Shown one piece after another: positions 26,098 to 35,501 of a DNA stretch of 39,836 nt (its first letter is position 1; each line of letters begins with the position of its first letter). Source of the stretch: Jimgerdemannia flammicorona (taxonomy: Eukaryota); NCBI GenBank assembly GCA_003990765.1, contig RBNJ01000134.1:1-39836 (forward strand), in the 5' to 3' direction. The position numbers were made by a program, and so were the translations under genes. The notes beneath the pieces were generated by a model that ran no database searches, was not told the DNA's origin, and saw only the letters and a list, made by a program, of their open reading frames with translations.

Positions 26098-26446
26098 TAG
26101 TGGTCGCTGAGTCCTTCAAATATGCCAGATTCTTTTCAAGATATATCTCTTAGACTAACTCAAGTTTGTTATAAGCAAGTTCTTATTGGAGTGCCTTCTC
26201 AAGGTCTTATAGTCCTCAAACTTCTTATCTTTAAACTGTTTTGTTATCTCTTAGATTGCTTGCAAGGAAGTATGTATATTGCACTAAGAAGAACTGACTT
26301 TATTTTAAAGGAAATAAGAGGGGTATTTATACAAAATATAATTCAATGATTGCTAAGATATAAAGCTAAATATAAATTTCAATAACTAAAATAAAATGCC
26401 AGAACAGAAAAAACTGCTAAGTTCCAGAGTCAATACTGATGGTTAT
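26098..26446. mobile_element. Possible hAT-like insertion end (TAGTGGTCG...), itself interrupted by element C
   Basis: Protease similarity stops exactly at a TAGTG start like the MITE's; the partner terminus is not in the window. Confidence 0.3.
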
Positions 26447-26480
26447 TGTGATAAACCACAAAATGTAGTAATCTTGAGAC

Positions 26481-29260
26481 TATCTAGACTCTTGGAGGAC
26501 TGGGTGAGACTGGTGACATTAGAGGGGGAGGAGGACTGGAGATTGATAAGAGTAAGAATGGAGGTGGTTGAACTACAACAGGTGCTGCGGAATGAGGAAG
26601 AGGCAAGGGTCCAGGGTCTAGTGATATGGCTTCATTAGCAGGAGAGAGTGGCCCTCAAAGTTTCTCACAAGAGCCCTTTAGGTGAGAAGGGTGCAACAAA
26701 GGTGGGAGGGGGTGCTTAATGCTGATGGTATATTGGTGTATAGTGTACAAGACATTCTTGGATCATTAAAGGAGCATTGGAGTAGATTGTGGAGTTAGGA
26801 GGAGGGTGGGGCAGATACTGAGGACATTGACTGAGTATTAGAGGGTTGGCACCCTATATGAGCAGATGGGCTGGGTGACTTAGTACTGCTGGTGCAAGAG
26901 GAGGAGATCCACTAGGTTCTTGCCATGATAACCTTGGGTATGGTGCCTGGGAAAGATGGTCTGCTCTGGGACTTCTGGAAAAAGATGGTGGGAGTCCCAG
27001 GAGTACTGGGAGAGATGATGGTACTGTGTGATTGGATTCTACAGATGGGGAGATGGGTGGGAGAACAGGATCTGGGGCTGGTGACATTACTTTATAAGAA
27101 CAAAGGAAGGCGAGAGGACTGGAAGAACTAGAGGCCGATTATGCTACTGGATATGGACAGAAAGTTGGTTACCAAGGTAGTGGTCACAAGATTGCAAAGG
27201 GTGGCCCAGCAAGTCTTGGGGGATGAGCAGAGGGGATTTGTGAGAGGCTGGCTCATCAGGGATAGCACAGCATAGATTCATGGAGTTATTGAAGGGGCAC
27301 GAGCCAGTGGACTAGATGGATATCTGGTCTTTCTGAACCAGGAGAAGGCTTATGACTGAGTGTAATGGGTCTGGCTGGTGAAAGTATTGGATAGGATTGG
27401 GATCCCACACCAGTTCAGGACAGCCATAGTCAACCTACTGGAAGGAAGTAGGGCTGTACATATATAATAGACACAGAGGAGTAGCATTTCCCCTGAGTAG
27501 GGGGGTGCCCCAGGGGGACCCACTGTCTCTCATTTTGTATGCTCTTTCTCTAGAGCCCTTCATAGACAGAATCAGGCAGAAGATAGTGGGGCTCTCTATC
27601 TTTGGCATTAGGTAGAAAGTAGGGGCATTTGCAGATAACATAGTGGTCAGCCTGGGATCAATTGCAGATGTTGAGAAGCTCAAGGAAATAGTGGAGTGGT
27701 ATGAGGTGAACTCAGGGGCTAGACTTAATTGGTATAAGTGCAAAACAATAGTGTTAGGCAATGGTCTGATGGGAGGGGAGATTATTGGTACCATTGTCCC
27801 TGCTGGTGAGGTAGTATGGTACTTGGGTATTTATCTGTCAGTATATAGGTCAGTTCTGCCTAGACTTTGGTGGGAGCAGCAGGTTGGCATCTGGGAGGAG
27901 GCCCTGCAGAGTTGGGGGGGCCACCAATTGTCTCTGGCAGGATGCGTTTTGATTCTGAATGTCTATTGGCTGCCAAAGTTGTGATATCTGGCTTATCATC
28001 TAGACTTCCCAGCTTAGGTGGTGAAGTGATTGATGAAGCTGGCCAAGGGATGGATCTGGGCTAGAAGGTGGAGTCAGATCAGCTGGGAGGTCTTGTCCTT
28101 ACCAGTGGTAAGTGGGGGACTTAGGCTGGTTGACTTTCCTAAGAGGCTGTACTGCTTAAGAGCATGGTGGCTGAAGAGAGTGGTGGAGTTAAGAGGGGGT
28201 GGTTGGGTCTCTCTACTGCAGAAAGTCTGGGAGATGAGGTCCTCTCCAAGGGGTTCAACTGGTGATCTCCTAGCACTTATGGGCCTTCAGAACACCAAAC
28301 AATTGTAATACAAAGGCTTCTGGTAGGGAGTGGCAGAGGGGGTGTGCTGCATTGGAATTAGGTGGCAGGGAAATGAAGAAGAGGCAGCTTGGGACCCAGT
28401 GATATGGAGATGGGACCAAGTGTTACTGGGTGGCATTTCCTTGATTGAGTTTGATATTGGTGATGGGATCGAATGCCAATGGGAACCAGGCCAGGACCTG
28501 TGGCCTAGCAGTTAGCAAGGAGTAGGAATTAGTGAGGAGTGGAACTGGCGTAGTATTTGGGCCTGGAGTGCCGAGGTGAGGAGGTGGCTGCTGCTGAAGT
28601 ACTGGGTGGTCTGGTGGTGTGTGCTGAGGCAGAATGTCATGCTCAACTTCCACTCAGATTATCTTATCGAGAGAGGTTGCTTCGACTGTAAAGAGTGTTA
28701 TAATGTAGGGCAGGAAGGGGGATATACATATGCAGATGCCTGAACATTGGCTAGGAGAGTGTGAGGTACTTAGTATCTTTTGGTAGAACATTGGGGATCA
28801 TTTGGGGGTAGTGTGTAGGGGAGCTGGCATGTGGGAGCGATGGGAGGATTTAAGGAATAGATTGGAGAGAGGGGTGGGGAAGGAATAGCTGACATTAGGC
28901 TGGGCTTTGGCCATTTGGGTGGGGCTGGCCAGTCACTGATTATTTGTTTTTGAGGATGGGAGGAGACTTGGCTCAGAGGTCAGGCTGCTGAGGTGGCATA
29001 GCCTTATGGAAGACACCTCGATGGACTGGTGGCTTAGTTGGGGGTTGCAGGGGGGTCGAAGGCATTGTTTGGTAGAGAAAATCTGTAGGCAGAGTGGGGG
29101 GAGAGTGGGAATTGCAGGTGAGAAAGTGGTCTTTGTCCATGTGGGTGGGGGAAGTGATACCCCTATGGGGATCAGGTAGTGGGAGGATATACTGTAAACT
29201 TATTGATAGACCAGTAATAAATGGCAGAGTCCAAGTGACTATAAAAATAAAAAAAAAAAA
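26481..29260 (+). mobile_element. L1/Tx1-clade LINE (copy 2), 5'-truncated, poly(A)-tailed
   Basis: LLYKNKGRREDWKN, QEKAYD, GVPQGDPLS, AFADN, FDCKEC..EHWLGEC. A-tail at 29241-29260; degenerate TSD tgtagtaatcttgagac (26464) / tgtagcaatctcaaaac (29262). Confidence 0.93.
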
Positions 29261-29376
29261 TTGTAGCAATCTCAAAACCCAACCAGGTGATGTAGACATT
29301 AGCATAGCATAGTAACCAGTAACCATTGCTGTGGAAAATGTATAAATAACCCAGATAGCTAAAGAAAGAAAAAACC

Positions 29377-29466
29377 CTGACAGTGGCTGTTACTCTAACA
29401 GTGGCTATCACCCTAACAGTGACTGTCATTCTGACAGTAGCTGTCACTCTGACAGTGAATGTTACC
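29377..29466 (+). repeat. 5 x 18-bp palindromic tandem array in the LTR (also 38642-38731)
   Basis: Consensus cTGACAGtggCTGTCAcy. Confidence 0.88.
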
Positions 29467-30391
29467 CCATAAATAGCATTCTATAGTTAGTCATATAGCA
29501 ACCAGATAGCAACCACAATGTATAAAATATCCCAGAGACAAAAGTGAATAAACTTCAGTCTAAAATACAAATATCAAAAAAGTCTCTAAAGATTGAGCAT
29601 TGGTCCCCTTTCCACTTCAGTCTACTTTTTGATACAAAGCTTGAAGTTTGCTGCCTTTAGAACTATTGGTTCACTTGCCAGATAAGCCTGAAGATCTCTG
29701 CCCAAGAGAAAGCCACCTTGCTCAAACCAGTTTCTGATACAACTTCACAGTGATCTGTTCATGCAAATGAAGTCAGTCTTTAATGCAACTTTGTCAAGAG
29801 ACCTTTTCCAAGAAGCCTGCCAATTCAGGAAGAATCTGCATCAGTAGTATTCCCAGTTGAAGCTGCTAATTTAGAAGAATCCACACTACCTGAGTTATTA
29901 TTCCCAGAAGTCTGCTGATTCAGGAAGAATCCATAATATCCGAGTTATCTGAGTTATCTGCATTACCTGCCATTTTCAAGTTATCTACATTCCTAGTTGA
30001 AGCTGCCAATTCAGGAAGAATCCATGACATTCGAGTTATCTGTATCACCCAAGTTATTCCTTTGTTCTCAGTAAGCCTGGTACAGAAGAATTTGCTGCCA
30101 GTACAATTCCCAGTAAGAAGGATCTATACCTTCCTCCATCCCCAGTGAGCCAAATCAAGTTATTTGCCAAATTATCAGAATGTCTACATAAGGAACCCAT
30201 TATGCTATACAGAGATTATCATATAGAAATCATATAAGGAGAACTACTAAATTGCTAGACTATCACACTCAGAAGATTGTTACACTACACAGAGATTGTT
30301 GCACCAAGACCATCATCCAGAAATTGCATACTTTTGGAAATTGCCTCACTATACAAATTGTGGCATTCCCAGTTGACCTAAGAAGGAAGCC

Positions 30392-30772
30392 TGTAATGGT
30401 TCTAGTTTCTAAATAAGAAAGCAACTAGTTCTGGTAGTCCTAAGTAGCTCAAAGAGATACTAAGGATTCAAGTGTTCTCAAAGAATTTCTGGGAGAAATA
30501 TTCTGAGCTTTATTTCTACAAGATCTGAAAGAAGGATCTGGAAGGATCTGAGAAATCAAAGGAAAATGCCAAGAGGAAAGTTCTTGGCAAAGATGACAAA
30601 TGATGACAAATAATATTCTACAAGTTTCCAAGATATTCCATGACTAGCTAAATAAGTACTAGTTAATACTCAGCACTAAGAAGGGGATTTCTAAGTATGC
30701 AAAAAGTGCTAGAAGGTTATAGAATATTCAAGAAAGACAGAGAAATGAAATAAACTATGCTAAAATGTTACA
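30392..30772 (-). mobile_element. Solo LTR of an unrelated family (381 bp)
   Basis: TGTAAT...GTTACA termini, 5-bp TSD aagcc/aaacc, absent from the D LTR; AATAAA on the minus strand near 30512. Confidence 0.8.
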
Positions 30773-30979
30773 AAACCCATTCATACATACAAATCACTGC
30801 TATATCCAAGAACCTGTTCCAAAAAGAAAACTGCTCACATATTATCCAGATCTTGACTATTATACCACTAAATACAAAGAACATTTTATTGCTTTTAACA
30901 AAGTAACTGGGGGCTCAAGCCAAACTACATCAACCCTCAACCTTATAATTTGCCTCTATTGAGTCAGGTACATTATATT

Positions 30980-30997
30980 TGGGGGCTCAACTGAGAA
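30980..30997 (+). promoter_or_regulatory. Primer-binding site, tRNA-Pro type
   Basis: TGGGGGCTCAACTGAGAA versus the canonical Pro PBS TGGGGGCTCGTCCGGGAT; differences are mainly transitions. Confidence 0.75.
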
Positions 30998-31534
30998 GAT
31001 TTCAAATTGACATGACTTTTCAGCTCATAAGAACCCATAGTCAAACTGGATACATTTGACACAACACCAATCTCTACTACTACAGGAGAACCAGTTATCA
31101 CCAGCATTTAGACAGGAAGAGAAGTAATCACATTAAGACTTGCTAACTACCCAGTATCAGAAAGATCTCAACCAGAAGCAGGAGGCAGTACAGCCCAAAA
31201 TCCCCAACCAGATCAACCAGAGAATATAGGCAGCCCTACTAGAGATTTTGGAGAACTTGTACAAGAACTAGAAGATCTTATCACATAAATCTGAGACCTT
31301 ACAGCCAGATGCCCCATACCAGTTCCATCAATCTCACCAATAGAACCTTTACCACAACTCCTTGCAGAATTAGAAGTAGCTTCTAAAAGAATACCTAGAC
31401 TTATTTCACTTTGTCCAAGGTCCTGAACACTATCCTCAAGATACCCAAGTACCTCCACCTCCAGTAATAGTTCAGAAAGTGAATCAGAATCAGAATCCGA
31501 ACTTGAACCAGAATCAGAAGAAAGTGATGATGAA

Positions 31535-34500
31535 ATGGCCACCTTATTGCCAACCTTTGCAGGATACCTGGAGGAAGACCCCAGAGAATTCCTTGATAGA
31601 ATTGAAGGAATTGCAGTCTTGAGAAATCTCTCAGATGAAAGAAAAATTGCCATCTACAAAGCTCAGCTCAGAGAACCAGCCAGAGAAATTTTCTACTAAA
31701 CAGCAAATAACCCAGATTCAGAACTAGCAAGACAGATACAAGCAGCAATATCTTATGAGCTAGAATATGAGGCCATGGTCCACTGGCTCATTGAAAAGTA
31801 TGCAGGAAATGAAACCCACCATAAGGCTCAAGAATTCATCATAAAGATGAAGATGAATCTTAGAGAATCACCCAGAGCCTTCTTTACAAGAATCCAGAAG
31901 AGAATACATGCTGCTGGATTCAATGCCACCAACCAGAACATCATAGGTCCAATGATCTTCATGAATGGAATTCCCCTGAATATTGCCCAGCATGTCCACA
32001 CCCTAGACATCAGAAGGTTGAAAGAATAAGTAGATATAGCCTAAGGATTCTTTGATGTCAGACAAGAAACTATCTGGAGTAATTATGATAAGAAAGAAGA
32101 TAAAGAAGATATCCTGGTCAAAGCCCTACAAGGACTCCTTCAAGGACAAGAAAGATCTGAAGAAAGAAGGCCAGCTAAGGAAGGAAAGAAGAACAGAAGC
32201 AAAATTCAAGATCTCAGCTCCAAGTTGGACCGATTGGTTGGACAGATTGAAAAACTTATCACATGTGAAAATTGGAGCTACCAAGACAACAGAGGACACC
32301 AGAGAAACCAAGGTTATCCACCAAGAGATAATAGGAATTACCAGCAGGAAGAAAGAAGGTACTCTGTCTAAGACAGAGCCCAAGTCCAATACTTCCACTG
32401 TAGACAATTTGGGCACTATGCTACTGAATGTGACAATAAAAGAAGTGACTGAAGGGACTCAGAACCACCAAACTGAAGGAATGACACTTAGTACAAGAGG
32501 ACTGAAGCTCATCCTATTGAAGATTTTGAGGAAGCCAGTAATAGTGAAGACTACAGTAACCTAGACTTATATCCTACCAAAGTTATCACCCAAAAAACAG
32601 TTTACCTAGCAGAGAAGAGGAAGAGACCTATAGGAAGGCCATCCAGGAATATCAGCAGAAGAATTATCCAAGAGGAGAATGAAGAACATGAAGAGAAGTA
32701 GGTAGAAATACCTCTCTGAACCCCCTCTTCTTTTGTTCCTGAGACAAACAAGTTGCTACCAGAAGATGAAGAAATGGAACAAGAAGAATGAGAACCTGCT
32801 ACTCCAAAGCCCAAGAAGAAGTACACTTCAAAGACCATGCCTAGAGATATCTATAATGAAGCCTGGTAGAAGATTTAAGAGATCAAGATAGAAGTCTCCC
32901 TCCTGCAGTTCCTATAACTGACACCAACTAGAGTCTGAAACAAATTGCTGAAAACCACCAGGTCTAGCACTGGCCAAGTTCCCATCCCACAGCAAGAACC
33001 AGCTTCCATTCCTATTCAGGCCACAGAAAGATATATCAGTACCTACTTATATGGAGATATTGAAGTACAAAAGGCAAAGATTCTTATAGATACAGAAGCA
33101 GCTATCTATGTCATTGCCAAATAGTTCCTGGACACCTTCCAATGGTCCATTGATAGACCATCTAATCTCAGCATCATAGTGGTAGATGGAGTCCAAACTC
33201 AACCCCTTGGAGAAGTATGAAATATTACTATCTCCCTGGGACACATTCAGTTCTCCATCCCAAAAGCTGTTGTCACTGAAGCTATTACCTATGACATGAT
33301 TCTTAGTACCAACTGGATGAAGGAAATGAATACAGTTGTTGACATCGGTCAACAGATACTCAAGTTTGACTACCAAGACAAGAAGTATAGAGTTAAGATG
33401 ACTAGTTATGAACAATTGAAAAAGAAAAAGAAGGTCACTATTTAGAAAGAATATGCCAGCAGTGAGGAGTCTACTATAGAAGAGGAAGAAGAATCTGAAG
33501 ATGGAAATGATCCTAGACTCAATCCCCAAATTAACCTGGTAAATAACAGACCAGAAGACAATGTGTGGGCCAAGAACACCATCCCTATCCCCATTGGAGC
33601 CATCACAGGAGAAATTAAAGGATGCTCTACCTGCCTCAAGAGACATAAGTGTCCTGAGCATTCCTCCAAGATCATAGGAACAAGGAAATCACCTGGCACA
33701 GCCTGTGCAGAGTGCAGAAAGAAGAAGAAGAAATCCAGACATATTCCAGGAATACCTGCAACTGAAGCTGCAGAAGTACAAGCAATTTGGGGGTCAAGAA
33801 TCATCTAAGGAAGAAGAAACTTCTGATCAAGAAGTCCCTGAACAAGAAGCACCTGAAGAAGAAGAGGTCCTCAAACTCATTCTCTGGGATAATCTTCATT
33901 AAACACTACCTGAAGACAATGACCCTTGGAATACAGAAGAAGGACCCAGTACAATCACCATTATCCCCAAGAAAGAAACTCACCAAGAAAAGACTTTTCA
34001 GCTAGGAAGATGTCCACATCAAATGGTCTTCCACTCTTCCCAAGACTACTGCTATCAGTGCCATTTACTAGACCAATAGGAAAGACAGAGACCCCAGAGA
34101 CCAGAACCCCCAAACACACTTGCACAGTCAACTACCTTCTAAGAAATTACCACCAAGTTGCAAAGCCAATTCAGGGGACAAGGCTTCTTTACCCAAACAG
34201 AAATATATCTCTTGTCTACTCTTCCACCTACTTATGACTAAGATGGATACTGATTCCTAAGGCAATAAGAAATTAACAGCCAGGAATACCATTTTCGAGC
34301 AATAGGATATTGCAACCATGGGAGACACCCTGACTGCTGAGACTGTAGACATCAGAAGATTTACCTCAGTTATGATGTCACAGTCCATACTTTGAAGAGA
34401 GGAGACAACAGAGGCCAGATCTGAAAAAGCCAAACCAGGAAGTCAGGAAGAAGAATCCTCAAGATCTATGATTTGGGAGAAGACATCCTAGCTCTCATCA

Positions 34501-35501
34501 GACATACAATCCACCAAAGATAGGCAGAAGATGCCACCAACTTCATGGAAGCCCTAGACTCTACAGGAAGAAGGGGAATCATCTATCTCTGAGACCCCTC
34601 TACTGGAGCCAGATGGCCACACCTCAACCTCAGAGCCTAGAGGCTCTCTGCTAGTAAAGTCTCAGCTCTAGGACAGCCTGAACTCAGTAAGGATATTGCC
34701 CAGTATGCTCTGCTGTACCCCAAGGCCAAACCCCCAACCAAAGCCCACCCAGAAGATGTAGAGTATGATCTTCACAGTCTGGAGGATGAATCTATCAAAT
34801 CTGGAAAAACCTTCATGATCAGAACCAGATTAGCCATGCAGCCACCCCAAGGATCTTACATCCAACTGACCTCAAGGTCTGGACTTGCCAGACAAGGAAT
34901 AACTATGGAAGGAGAAACCATTGACCCAGGATATATAGGCAAAATCAAGGTTATCTTACATAATAGCAGTACAGAATAGCACTGAATCATTAGAGGACAG
35001 AAGATTGCCCAAGCAGTCTTTATGAAGATCAAGACCCCACAGTTACAAGAAGTCTCTGAACTAACTGAAGAAATAAGACAAGCTAAGGGATTTGGAAGTT
35101 CAGATAGGAATGAAGTATATCTCCTTCAAGTCAACCATCTCAAGAGGAATGTTTCTCAGCAAGTATACTGGCAATCAGTCAGACTGTATAAGAATCTTAT
35201 CCTGGAGCCCAGAGAACAAGCTACCTTCGAAATCTTTGCACCACCCAACCTCAGGAACCTTTTCTTTGAACCCAGGGAAAATATCCCACACCTAGATATA
35301 GAGGGACACATATTCCCTGACAAGATGAATCCAGTACACTCCCGAGCAACCAACCAAAGTTGAGAGACCATCATCTTGTCAAAAGGAACCATCATAGGAC
35401 ATCTGGTGCCTTTTCTCAACTGAACTCATAGGGAAGTTTATGAACTAAACCTATCAGAAAATGGCAAAAGGTCTCAGAAGAAAAGAAAGGCCCCTCTGTG
35501 A
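31535..35501 (+). pseudogene. Element C ORF1: Gag - zinc knuckle - protease - Cys/His fingers - unknown domain - dUTPase - dUTPase-like domain
   Basis: MATLLPTFAGYLEEDPREFL; (C)FHCRQFGHYATEC at ~32390; ILIDTEAA at 33080 in the Gag frame. The single 1-nt slip at ~33790 is absent in D. Confidence 0.88.
34689..35105 (+). pseudogene. Element C trimeric dUTPase domain
   Basis: All five motifs: VEYDL, SRSGL, ETIDPGYIG, GQKIAQ, RQAKGFGSSD. Confidence 0.93.

Larger units (their letters stand above)
26447..30977 (+). repeat. 5' LTR of C (~1.35 kb net), split by LINE copy 2 and a solo LTR
   Basis: 26447-26480 plus 29262-30303 align with 38510-39593; ends ..cattaTA immediately before the PBS. Confidence 0.9.

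Noticed and set aside
29377-29466. CRISPR-like palindromic repeats
   Set aside because: Contiguous 18-bp units with no spacers, inside an LTR, with no cas genes, in a eukaryotic context.
30908-30920. Second PBS-like TGGGGGCTCAAG
   Set aside because: It matches only ~10 nt of the tRNA-Pro complement; the 30980 site matches further and follows the LTR terminus.
33080-33103. DTE instead of DTG in the protease of both B and C as a true catalytic variant
   Set aside because: GGA->GAA is a common transition here and D has DTK; most likely decay.
31213-33804. Antisense ORFs in C (31213-31653, 33047-33661, 33442-33804) with counterparts in D
   Set aside because: The similarity just reflects sense-strand homology; stop-poor antisense frames are expected.
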